From Vulcanimicrobiota bacterium (GTDB taxonomy: Bacteria > Vulcanimicrobiota > Vulcanimicrobiia > Vulcanimicrobiales > Vulcanimicrobiaceae), in assembly GCA_963841685.1 (NCBI GenBank), contig CAWJDU010000003.1:1549936-1613935 (forward strand): 64,000 nucleotides of DNA. Direction: 5' to 3'. The notes under the pieces were generated by a model. That model was not told where the DNA came from, ran no database searches, and was given only the letters and a program-made list of their open reading frames with translations. The position numbers and the translations under genes were made by a program. Positions 11,207 to 20,237 of this stretch are shown piece after piece. How positions within the stretch are numbered: position 1 is the stretch's first letter; each line of letters starts with the position of its first letter.

Positions 11207-12013
11207 CCCGTGCTTACCGGCTTCATCATACCTTTCGTGGTCGTCGCGTTTCTGCTCGCGCTTGCGAACGCATCGATCAAAGTACTGCGCGAATACGAGC
11301 GGGGAGTCGTGTTCTCGCTCGGTCGATTTTCCGGTGTCAGGGGGCCGGGCCTGATCGTATTGATCCCGCTCGTGCAGCAGATGGTACGGGTCGATCTCCG
11401 CACGATCGTGATGGAGGTCCCCAGTCAGGATTTGATCTCTCGCGACAACGTCTCCGTCAAGGTGGATGCCGTACTGTACTTCCACGTCGTCGATGCCGCG
11501 AAATCCGTCATCCAGGTCGAGCAATACGTCGCCGCAACGAACATGCTCGCGCAGACGACGCTCCGATCCGTGCTCGGACAGCATGATCTCGACGAGATGC
11601 TTGGCGCCCGGACGAAGCTCAACGCCGACGTTCAGGACATCCTCGATGCACGAACGAAGGACTGGGGCATCGACGTAAGCGCCGTCGAGATCCGTGACGT
11701 GCAGCTCACCGAAAACATGGTGAAGGCGATCGCAAAGCAGGCCGAGGCCGAACGCGATCGGCGAGCCAAGGTCATCCACGCGGACGCGGAGTTCCAGGCG
11801 GCCCAGACGCTGGTCAACGCGGCGAGCATCCTCGCATCCGTCCCGGCGGCCATGCAGCTGCGCTATCTCCAGACGTTGACCGAGATCGGCGGAGAGCACA
11901 ACTCTACCGTCGTGTTCCCGATGCCGCTCGACATCGTCAAGCCGTTCCTGGATCTCGTCACGAAGAACACCGTCGTGAACGGCGCGAAGGTCGCGAAACC
12001 GCTCAGCCCCTGA
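11207..12013 (+). CDS. SPFH/stomatin (slipin) family membrane protein (start approximate)
   Basis: N-terminal TM helix, EYERGVVF, GPGL, SRDNVSVKVDAV, AQTTLRSVLG, AEAERDRRAK, LRYLQTL. Confidence 0.93.
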   Translation, partial: PVLTGFIIPFVVVAFLLALANASIKVLREYERGVVFSLGRFSGVRGPGLIVLIPLVQQMVRVDLRTIVMEVPSQDLISRDNVSVKVDAVLYFHVVDAAKSVIQVEQYVAATNMLAQTTLRSVLGQHDLDEMLGARTKLNADVQDILDARTKDWGIDVSAVEIRDVQLTENMVKAIAKQAEAERDRRAKVIHADAEFQAAQTLVNAASILASVPAAMQLRYLQTLTEIGGEHNSTVVFPMPLDIVKPFLDLVTKNTVVNGAKVAKPLSP

Positions 12014-12082
12014 CATCACATCACGACGCCCGTCGAGCCGCCATGTCTCGCGCGAGCGCACTCCGCTTTTTGTGGAGGCACC

Positions 12083-12838
12083 GTGCGACTGCATACTCTG
12101 GGTCTCGTCATTGCGTCGCTCGCGACCGGCGTGGTCGTCACCGCGTGCGCCGGCGGCGGCGGTGCGGCCTCAGTGCGGCCGGGTACGGCCGTAGTGCCGG
12201 GGTCGATCGGGTCCGCCCCCGCTCCCCTGGGCGGCGGGGCGATCCGCCGAACGAGTGCCATCACCACGTGCAGTGGTGTCGGGACCGGTTCGTTCAACGG
12301 CGTTTCCGCAAACAGCAACGTCACCGGCGGCACCGAGTCCGTCGTCGCCGGCGGCGCGCACAATATGGCGTGCGATGCGTATGCGGCGATCACCGGCGGA
12401 TACTACAACATAATTTCCGGCACGAGGAACGGCGCGGCGGAATCCTTCATCGGCGGCGGCGAGACGAACGAGATTTCCGCGGCGGCCACGTATTCCGTGA
12501 TCATCGGCGGCTATGGGAACAGCGTGGACCCGACGAACGGCAATTCCGTCGAGCCGATCGCCACGTGGAGCTACGTCTCCGAACGCGGCGTCCGGCACGT
12601 CGGTCCGATGGCGCAGGACTTCTATGCCGCATTCGGAGTCGGCGCAGACGATCGCCACATCACGTCGATCGATGAAGACGGCGTCGCGCTCGCGGCGATC
12701 AAGGCCCTTCACGTGCAGACGGCAACGCTTCACGCCGAGAACTCAGCGCTACGCGCGCAGTTTCGCACACAGCTTCGCGCGCAGCAGCGCGAGATCGATG
12801 AGCTCCGCACGATCGTCCGAAGCATGGTTCGCCCGTAG
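12083..12838 (+). CDS. S74 lipoprotein paralog, copy 2 (internally deleted, in frame)
   Basis: Lipobox VVTAC; N-terminus like copy 3; jumps directly to PIATWSYVSERG and lacks the SDR cleavage segment. Confidence 0.75.
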   Translation: MRLHTLGLVIASLATGVVVTACAGGGGAASVRPGTAVVPGSIGSAPAPLGGGAIRRTSAITTCSGVGTGSFNGVSANSNVTGGTESVVAGGAHNMACDAYAAITGGYYNIISGTRNGAAESFIGGGETNEISAAATYSVIIGGYGNSVDPTNGNSVEPIATWSYVSERGVRHVGPMAQDFYAAFGVGADDRHITSIDEDGVALAAIKALHVQTATLHAENSALRAQFRTQLRAQQREIDELRTIVRSMVRP

Positions 12839-13028
12839 CGCCGGCTCGGCGTACTGCGACAGCGCGCAGGCTCACGCTCGAGTCCGCCGGACATCCTGCG
12901 CTGCGTTGGAACGAAAGCCCTAGCCAGCGAAATAGGCGGGCGACCGCCGGACGCCGAAACCGGGCGGCAGCGGTACACGCCCCGAGGCGGAACGTCTCGC
13001 ACGGGCGCAGCTCTGATTTGGGGGCACC

Positions 13029-14225
13029 ATGCGACTGCGTACTCTGGGACCGGTCATGGCGTTGCTGGGGAGCGGCGTCGTTTTCACCGCGTGCGCCGGC
13101 GACGGCGGCGCGGCGTCACTACGGCCGGGCGTTGCGCCGGGATCAGTCGGTTCGGCCCCCGCTCCGTTGGGCGGCGGGGCGATGCGCCGAACGAGCGCGG
13201 TCGGCACGTGCAGCAGCGCCGGAACGGGTTCGTTCAACGGCATTTCCGCGAACGGGAACGTCGCCGGCGGCGTGGACTCGGCCGTCGCCGGCGGCTATCA
13301 CAACCTGGCGTGCGACGGCTATGCGGCGATCACCGGCGGATACGAGAATGCGATTGCCGGCACGAACGGCAGCGCGGAGGGATCGCTCATCGGCGGCGGC
13401 TATGAAAACCAGATTTACGGCGGCTCGTCCGCATATTCGGTCATTGCGGGCGGCTACAGGAACACCGTCGATCTGAACGGGGACACCGCGACCGTCGGTG
13501 GCGGTGAGAACAACACGGTGTCCGCGGAGTGGGCCACGGTGGCCGGCGGGAATACCAACACTGCATCGGGCAACGGAGCGAACGTCGCCGGCGGGGCGAA
13601 CAACATCGCGTCAGGTGCGCACGCGACGGTCCTGGGCGGCTCGAAGAACACCGCGTCCGGGAACCAAAGCCTGGCGGCGGGGGTGGACTCGAACGCGGCG
13701 ACGACAGGCGCATTCGTGTGGAGCGACGACTCGAGCGGCGCGACGCAGCTGACGTCGACGGTGGACAATCAATTTCTCGCGCGCGCGTCGGGCGGCTTCA
13801 CGCTCTGGACGAACGCGACGAACACCGTCGGTGCGACGCTCGCAAGCGGTTCGGGAACGTGGGCATCCGCCAGCGACCGCAACATGAAGACGAACGTCGC
13901 GCGCATCGACGACGCGGTCGTCCTGGACAAAGTCGCGCGCTTACCGATCGGCACGTGGAGCTACGTCTCCGAACGCGGCGTGCGGCACGTAGGCCCGATG
14001 GCGCAGGACTTCTATGCGGCGTTCGGCGTCGGCGCAGACGATCGCCACATCACGTCAATCGATGAGGACGGCGTCGCGCTTGCGGCGATCAAGGCACTCC
14101 ACGCCGAGAACGCTCGGCTGCGGCGCGAACTCGCCACGGAACGTGCGCACGACCGTCGCGTCGATGCGCACGACCGTCGCGTCGATGCGCAGATCTCCCG
14201 CCTCAACGCGATCCTGGGAAAGTAG
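13029..14225 (+). CDS. S74 lipoprotein paralog, copy 3
   Basis: Lipobox VFTAC; GG repeats; SDRNMKTNV; HVGPMAQDF; duplicated HDRRVDA heptad. Confidence 0.87.
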   Translation: MRLRTLGPVMALLGSGVVFTACAGDGGAASLRPGVAPGSVGSAPAPLGGGAMRRTSAVGTCSSAGTGSFNGISANGNVAGGVDSAVAGGYHNLACDGYAAITGGYENAIAGTNGSAEGSLIGGGYENQIYGGSSAYSVIAGGYRNTVDLNGDTATVGGGENNTVSAEWATVAGGNTNTASGNGANVAGGANNIASGAHATVLGGSKNTASGNQSLAAGVDSNAATTGAFVWSDDSSGATQLTSTVDNQFLARASGGFTLWTNATNTVGATLASGSGTWASASDRNMKTNVARIDDAVVLDKVARLPIGTWSYVSERGVRHVGPMAQDFYAAFGVGADDRHITSIDEDGVALAAIKALHAENARLRRELATERAHDRRVDAHDRRVDAQISRLNAILGK

Positions 14226-14251
14226 ATCCTGTGGCGAGCGCAGCCTAGCGG

Positions 14252-14428
14252 ATGAGCCAAGACGACACGGAACGCCGTGCCGAGGACGACGGCGACCGGC
14301 GCGTCAAGCAGCGGCGGCGGACCGAGATGGTTGTCGACGTCGACCGGCGGCGAGGCGACCGGCGCGTCTTCGCGCGACGGTTGATCGACGTGTTCCGGTC
14401 GTTTCTCGGCGTCCGAACGCGCGAGTAG
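14252..14428 (+). CDS. Small Arg/Asp-rich protein (58 aa)
   Basis: Manually translated: MSQDDTERRAEDDGDRRVKQRRRTEMVVDVDRRRGDRRVFARRLIDVFRSFLGVRTRE. Confidence 0.55.
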   Translation: MSQDDTERRAEDDGDRRVKQRRRTEMVVDVDRRRGDRRVFARRLIDVFRSFLGVRTRE

Positions 14429-14513
14429 ACCAGCCTTCGCCTCCCAGGGCCGTCCCGGCCGCCCGCGGTAGAATTCAGACGATCTTCGCCGCGGGGCGAC
14501 ACGGAGGGTCAGG

Positions 14514-16244
14514 CTGATCGCACGGCGCGCGTACGCGCTCATTCGCATCGCGTCGCTGCTGGCGGCGACGGTCGCAACGGCACTCTTCGGACGGGACGCG
14601 TTCGCGGCGCTCCGGTCCGACGACGCGCTGTTCCTCGCCGGCGCAGTGCTCGTCGCGATGGCGCTCGGGTGGCTTCGCGCGCCGGCCGCGCATTTCGAGC
14701 GCAGCGCGCGCCCGACCCCGGAAAGCGATCGCGTCGGCTTCCTTGCGCCGGTCGTCATCGCCGTGCTGGTGCGGGACGGGTGGCTGTTCGCCGCGTGGTG
14801 CGCGGTGATCGCGCAGCTCGCACGGCCCGCCACGCGACGCCGGCGTTGGCCCGACGCCATCGTCAATGCGTCGCTGCGGTTCCCCGTGGTCGCCGGCGGC
14901 GTGCTCGTCGCCGGAACGCTTCGCTCGTGGGCCGCCGCGACGCCCTCGGTCACGCACCTGGCGCAGTTCGCCGCCGTCGGGGCGGCGTACGTGCTCGCCG
15001 TCGATCTGCTGTGGCTCGATCCCCTCGCCGCGCTCCGCTCGAATCGTTCGCTGCTTCGCGTGTGGTGGCGGCACGTGAACGACTGGGCGACGGTGGCCGT
15101 CGTCCTCGCCGAGACGGCGTGGGTGTACGTCGTGGTGCACCTCGCGGTCCGCGAGGGCGCGCTGCTCGGCATCTTGGCGCTGGTGCCGTTCGTCGTGGTC
15201 GCGGTGCTGCTTCGGCGCACGGCACGCTTGAACGCCCGGCTGCACCGTCTCGCGCTCTCGCGACAGGCGGTCGACGCGATGCTGCGCGCAACCGACCCGA
15301 AGCCGCAGCTGCGGTCGCTCTTGGTGTCGATCGACCCGCGCATCGTGCGGGAGTCGGTCGAGATCGTCGCGTTTCGGCCCGCCGGTTCCGGTCGCTGGTC
15401 GCGGCTCATGCGCTTCGGCGCATCGGTGCCGTCTGAGCTCGAGAAGCTCGGCGGCCGTGCCCTGCTGCAGGTGCAGGTCACCGGCACGAACGCAGTGGTC
15501 GACGGCGGCGAGCACGGCGACGTGCACGCGTACGCGGCGCGCGACGCCGAAGGCGGCCTGCGCGGCGCGATCGTCGTGTTCCGGCCGACGGAGTCGGCGA
15601 CGCAAGTCGCGGCGCGCGACCTCGAGCGCGCGGCGGCCGAGATCGGTCCGCTGCTCGGCGAGTACGGTGCCATCGCCGCGACGCGCACGGCGGCCTCGGT
15701 CGACGTGCTTACGGGGCTGCCGAACCGCCGCGGCGTGTCGCGCGCGCTCGACGAGGCGATGGCGCACGTGCGCGCCGGCGGCCGCTACGCGATGCTGCTG
15801 CTCGACATCGATCACTTCAAGACGATCAACGATTTGATGGGCCACCAGGCGGGCGACCGTGCCCTCGCGCGAATCGGCCGCGTGATCGCGGACGACGTGC
15901 GCGGCGTCGACGTCGCCGGGCGCTTCGGCGGTGAGGAGTTCCTCGTTCTGCTCCGCGATGCGACGCGCGAGCGCGCGCTGCAGATCGCCGAGCGGCTGCG
16001 CGCCGCCGTCGAGGGCAGCGGGCTGACGTACGCCGACGGCAAGCCGCTGACCGTCTCGATCGGGGTCGCGTACGCGCGCGCCGCCGACCGCAGCGCCGAC
16101 CTGCTCGAGCGTGCCGACCGCGCCCTGTACCGCGCGAAGGACCGGGGCCGCAACCGGGTGGTCGAAGCGACCGAGGTCGTCGCCTTCCCGGGCGAGCGGC
16201 CGGCCGAAGCGCCGGCGGAGCGACGCCGTCCGGGTGCCGGATGA
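14514..16244 (+). CDS. Membrane-bound diguanylate cyclase (GGDEF)
   Basis: Multiple TM helices; DVLTGLPNRR, DIDHFKTIND, RxxD I-site (RGVD), GGEEF. In-frame CTG at 14514 follows GGAGG. Confidence 0.9.
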   Translation: MIARRAYALIRIASLLAATVATALFGRDAFAALRSDDALFLAGAVLVAMALGWLRAPAAHFERSARPTPESDRVGFLAPVVIAVLVRDGWLFAAWCAVIAQLARPATRRRRWPDAIVNASLRFPVVAGGVLVAGTLRSWAAATPSVTHLAQFAAVGAAYVLAVDLLWLDPLAALRSNRSLLRVWWRHVNDWATVAVVLAETAWVYVVVHLAVREGALLGILALVPFVVVAVLLRRTARLNARLHRLALSRQAVDAMLRATDPKPQLRSLLVSIDPRIVRESVEIVAFRPAGSGRWSRLMRFGASVPSELEKLGGRALLQVQVTGTNAVVDGGEHGDVHAYAARDAEGGLRGAIVVFRPTESATQVAARDLERAAAEIGPLLGEYGAIAATRTAASVDVLTGLPNRRGVSRALDEAMAHVRAGGRYAMLLLDIDHFKTINDLMGHQAGDRALARIGRVIADDVRGVDVAGRFGGEEFLVLLRDATRERALQIAERLRAAVEGSGLTYADGKPLTVSIGVAYARAADRSADLLERADRALYRAKDRGRNRVVEATEVVAFPGERPAEAPAERRRPGAG

Positions 16245-16269
16245 CACTGGTGCGGCCGTGTGGTATAGT
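16241..16269 (+). promoter_or_regulatory. Sigma70-type promoter for rpmG-tRNA-Trp-secE-nusG
   Basis: ATGACA, 17 nt, TATAGT, with an extended TG. Confidence 0.6.
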
Positions 16270-16344
16270 CTTGTATCGGAACGGACCGCGCGTCCGTTCT
16301 CTTCATGTTCCACGCCGGCACGAGGCCTTTCCGAGAACGCGACG

Positions 16345-16509
16345 ATGGCGAAAAAAGAGACCCGAGTGATGGTGGTGATGGCCTGCACCGAGTGCAAGCG
16401 CCGGAACTACAACACGTTCAAGAACAAGCAGAAGACGTCGCAGCGGTTGGAGCTGTCGAAGTACTGCCGCTGGTGCCGCTGCCATCGGGCGCATCGCGAG
16501 ACGCGGTAA
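16345..16509 (+). CDS. rpmG: 50S ribosomal protein L33 (Zn-binding form)
   Basis: MAKKETR...CTECKRRNY...LELSKYCRWC...HRETR. Confidence 0.97.
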   Translation: MAKKETRVMVVMACTECKRRNYNTFKNKQKTSQRLELSKYCRWCRCHRAHRETR

Positions 16510-16520
16510 GCCGAAGCCGT

Positions 16521-16596
16521 AGGGCGGTAGCTCAATTGGTAGAGTTGCGGTCTCCAAAACCGTCGGTTGCAGGTTCGAGTCCTGTCCGCCCTGCCA
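16521..16596 (+). tRNA. tRNA-Trp(CCA)
   Basis: AGGGCGG/CCGCCCT acceptor stem, CTCCAAA loop, GTTCGAGT, encoded CCA; canonical position before secE. Confidence 0.96.
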
Positions 16597-16621
16597 AGCT
16601 TTCACGGTACACCACACACAT

Positions 16622-16882
16622 ATGAAACCCAATCCCGGCCGCCAGCCGGCGAAGCGTCCGTCTCCGACACCCGCGCAGCGGGCGGCCAATGCGGCACGCA
16701 CCCAAGACTTCGTTCGTGGCGTCGTCACCGAGATGCGCCGCGTCACGTGGCCGACCCGCGAAGAGTGGATCGCAGCGACGCTGCTGACGCTCGCGCTCGT
16801 CATCGGCGTCGGCATCTTCACCTATCTCTGTGACCTGCTGTTCGGGATCGTCTTCGGCTGGCTCACCGGGGGATCACGCTGA
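16622..16882 (+). CDS. secE: Preprotein translocase subunit SecE
   Basis: EMRRVTWPTR plus a single TM helix; lies upstream of nusG. Confidence 0.95.
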   Translation: MKPNPGRQPAKRPSPTPAQRAANAARTQDFVRGVVTEMRRVTWPTREEWIAATLLTLALVIGVGIFTYLCDLLFGIVFGWLTGGSR

Positions 16883-17493
16883 TGGAACAGGACGTCACGA
16901 CCGCAACGCTCACCGACGCCGAAGCCGCCGTCGCGTCGCCTGCCGCCAAGAAGCAGGACGACCGCAAGAAGTGGTACGTGATCCACACGTACTCCGGCTA
17001 CGAGAACAAGGTGAAAGCGAACCTCGAGCGCCGCATCCACTCGATGAACATGCAGGACAAGATCTTCCGCGTGCTCGTCCCGATGGAAGACGAGGTCGAG
17101 TTCAAGGACGGCAAGCGCAAGATCACGCCCAAGAAAGTCTTTCCGGGCTACGTGCTCGTCGAGATGGACATGGACGATGCGTCCTGGTACGTGGTTCGCA
17201 ACACGTCCGGCGTGACGGGCTTCGTCGGATCGCCGGGCTCGGGCGAGAAGCCGGTGCCGCTGCAAGACAAAGAAGTGAAGACCATCCTCAAGCAGATGGG
17301 CATCGAGACGCCCAAGCTCAAGATCGACTTCGCGAAGGGCGACCGCATCAAAGTCACGTCGGGTCCGTTCTTCGACTTCACCGGGATCGTCGACGACATC
17401 CAGCCGGAGAAGGAGAAGGTGCGCGCGCTCATCTCGATCTTCGGACGCGAGACGCCGGTCGAGCTGGAGTTCTACCAGATCGAGAAGGTCTAG
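16882..17493 (+). CDS. nusG: Transcription factor NusG
   Basis: WYVIHTYSGYENKVK, FPGYVLV, KOW motif, IFGRETPVEL. Confidence 0.98.
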   Translation: MEQDVTTATLTDAEAAVASPAAKKQDDRKKWYVIHTYSGYENKVKANLERRIHSMNMQDKIFRVLVPMEDEVEFKDGKRKITPKKVFPGYVLVEMDMDDASWYVVRNTSGVTGFVGSPGSGEKPVPLQDKEVKTILKQMGIETPKLKIDFAKGDRIKVTSGPFFDFTGIVDDIQPEKEKVRALISIFGRETPVELEFYQIEKV

Positions 17494-18796
17494 GAAGCGG
17501 CCGACGCTCCCCTGATCGTCTGCACGAGGTACACGAGCGTTGCCGCCGACACGACGGCGCAGACGCACCAGCCGGCCGTTGCGAGCCACGGCGCGATGCG
17601 CATGTCCTTCATCACGGCGCGGTTGCGCCCGACCAGCAGCATGAGCGCGATGGTGAACGGCGTCGCGATCCCGCCCGCGATCCCGCTGTAGAACAGCAGC
17701 GTGATCGGCTTGACGCCGGCGAAGCCGATCGCCGCGGCGACCGCGAGGCATGCGATCAGCGTGATGTAGAAGCGCCGCGCGCGGCGGAACGAGTCGTCGA
17801 GGCTGTGCCGCCACCCGAACATCTCGGCGGCGACGTACGCGCACGTTCCCGCGATGACCGGAATCGCGACGAGCGCCGATCCGAGCAGTCCGACGCCGAA
17901 CACGATCGACGCGTACTTGCCCGCGATCGGCGCGAGCGCGCTCGCGGCCTGCTGCGCCGTGTCGACTTTTTGGTGGTGCACGCCGAGCGTCGCGCCCGTC
18001 GCGATGAGGATGAACCAAAACGTCAGCCCGGCGACGACGATGCCGAGCGCCGCGTCGACCTGCACGAGTCCGAGCCGCGCGATCGGCGGCTTCTCCTCGG
18101 CGAGCTCGATCGTTTCCCACACGTACGCGTACGCCGTCAACGTCGTGCCGAGCAGCGCCAGCGCGCCCGCGACCGTCTCGGCTCGCAGGTCGAAGTGCGG
18201 CACGAACGATGCGATGAGCACGGCGTGCCAGTCGGGACGCGCGAGGATGGCCGCGCCGACATACGTCAGAAACAGCAGCGCGACGTAGCGCAGAACGCGT
18301 TCGATCGCGGCGTACCGTCCGAACACGAGCACCAGCACCGTCAGTGCGGCGAGGGGGATGATCCACCAGCGATACTCGACGTGCGTCAGCAGCGCGAGCG
18401 CCGCGCCGCCGCCTTCGAGATCGGCGGCGAGCGTCAACGTATTGACGATCAGCAACGCCGCGAGCGCGAGCAGCGCCCACGCGCGGCCGTAGCGCTCGCG
18501 CACGCAGTCTTCGAGGCCTTTTTCCGACACGGCGCCGACCTGTGCCGCGACGGCTTGGATCACCGCGAGCATCGGGATGACGGCGAGCGTGAGCCAGCCG
18601 AGCTCGTACGTCGTCGTCGAGCCGATGACGGCGAGCGTCGCCACGGTCGTCGGGTCGTTGTCCGATGCGCCCGCGACGATGCCTGCGCCGAACTTCGCGC
18701 CTCCGTGCGCCGCTTGAGCATCGCCGGCGTCGCGCGCGCGCGGGCCCCGGCGCCGGCGGTGCGCTACGGCGCGATCCTCGAAGACGTCGGGCTCAT
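17490..18796 (-). CDS. NRAMP-like divalent metal transporter (start uncertain)
   Basis: GASDNDPTTVATLAVIG, NTLTLAADL, LGTTLTAY, many TM helices. Confidence 0.8.
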
Positions 18797-18887
18797 CGTA
18801 TGTCGGTCTGCCCCGCTGCGCGCTCGCTCAAGCGCGCCCGCTTGCGCCGAGAGTTATTTGCGGTTTCCCCGCGAAGCGCGATTCGAC

Positions 18888-20237
18888 GTGAACGAATCGC
18901 AGCCGGTCGATCAGCCGGGTCACCCCGGCGAGGCCGCCCCTCACGGTGCCGCAGCGGACGCGCACGCGGACGCCGTGCAGCCGGAGGGCCCGAACGGCGA
19001 GGCGCAGCAGCGTGACATCGTGGCGGAAACGCCGGACGTCGTCCGCGCGGAGTCACCGCAGGCCGGCGTTGTGCACGCTTCGACGGCGCAGGCTGAATCA
19101 CCAGAGGCTGGGATCGCGCAGGCTGAATCGCCGCCGGCCGAAATCGCGAACGCCGACTCGCTGCCTGCGGATTCTGCACATGCGGAGTCGCCGGTGACGG
19201 GAGCCGCGCCGGCTCAACCCGCGCAGGCGCGCACAGGCGAGGGCGCGGAGCCCGCGCGCGACGCGCCGCCTGCCGACGATTTGGTTCCGCAGACGCAGGC
19301 AGGTTCTGCGCAAGGCGAACCGGCTGGGGAGCCGATTGCCGCGGCCGCGGAACCGATCGTAGCGCCCGCCGCGCCGGCGCCGCCCGATCCGCGCGTCGAA
19401 GAGCGGCGGCGCCGCGCGCAGCAGGCGTGGGAACGCGTTCTCCAGGCGCGTGAGGCCGGCGACGCCCTCACCGGCACGGTCACCGCGGCGGTGAAGGGCG
19501 GTCTGCTCGTCGACGTCGGCGGCATTCGCGGATTCTTGCCCGCATCGCAGGTGCGCGCGGCGCCGGGCACGGCGCTCGATACGCTCGTGCGCACGAAACT
19601 GCCGCTCAAGGTGATCGACGTCGATCAGTCGCGCCGCCGCATCGTCGTGTCGCATCGCCGTGCGGCGGAAGAAGAACGCCGTGCGAAACGTTCGGAAGTG
19701 CTGAAGTCGCTCGAGGTCGGACAAGTGCGCGAAGGCACCGTCGTCCGCTTGACGGATTTCGGCGCGTTCGTCGATCTCGGCGGCGTCGACGGCTTGATCC
19801 CGATGCGCGAGCTCGCGTTCGAGCGCGTCGACAAGACGTCCGATGTCGTGAGCATCGGCGAGAAGCTTCCCGTGCAAGTGCTCCGCATCGACGAGCACGG
19901 CAAGAAGATCTCGCTGTCGCGCAAGAACGCGTTGCCCGATCCGTGGCGCGATCACGCCGACGTCGTGCGGCACGGCGCGACGGTCGAAGGAAAGGTCGTC
20001 GGCAAGGAGCCGCGGCTGCAGGTCGAGATCGCTCCCGGCGTCGTCGGCACGGTGCGCGAGAGCGACGCCGATCCCGCGCAGTACGAGATCGGCGAAGCGA
20101 TCGAAGTCACCGTGCGGCGCGCCGACCGCGCGACGCGCCGGATCACGCTGACGACGATGCACGGCGCGGCCGTTGCGCCGCTCCCGAACAACAGCGGCGG
20201 TTTCGCGCCGCTGGGCGTCGAGCTCGGGCGCCGCTAG
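18888..20237 (+). CDS. S1 RNA-binding domain protein (RpsA-like, about 3 S1 domains) with a long acidic N-terminus
   Basis: VKGGLLVDVGGIRGFLPASQ, TDFGAFVDLGGVDGLI; N-terminal AESP-type repeats. Confidence 0.85.
   Translation: MNESQPVDQPGHPGEAAPHGAAADAHADAVQPEGPNGEAQQRDIVAETPDVVRAESPQAGVVHASTAQAESPEAGIAQAESPPAEIANADSLPADSAHAESPVTGAAPAQPAQARTGEGAEPARDAPPADDLVPQTQAGSAQGEPAGEPIAAAAEPIVAPAAPAPPDPRVEERRRRAQQAWERVLQAREAGDALTGTVTAAVKGGLLVDVGGIRGFLPASQVRAAPGTALDTLVRTKLPLKVIDVDQSRRRIVVSHRRAAEEERRAKRSEVLKSLEVGQVREGTVVRLTDFGAFVDLGGVDGLIPMRELAFERVDKTSDVVSIGEKLPVQVLRIDEHGKKISLSRKNALPDPWRDHADVVRHGATVEGKVVGKEPRLQVEIAPGVVGTVRESDADPAQYEIGEAIEVTVRRADRATRRITLTTMHGAAVAPLPNNSGGFAPLGVELGRR

Noticed and set aside
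12878-12888. 11-nt match (TCGAGTCCGCC) to the tRNA-Arg T-arm as a second att site
   Set aside because: Too short for high-GC DNA and does not extend to the tRNA 3' end.
9321-14225. Intact prophage or diversity-generating retroelement around the S74 genes
   Set aside because: No capsid, terminase, tail or reverse transcriptase genes; paralog differences did not look adenine-specific by eye.
16830-18887. 1135-aa ORF and other long Arg/Ala-rich ORFs in the track
   Set aside because: Shadow frames of real genes in high-GC DNA; only 18888-20237 of that ORF is credible.
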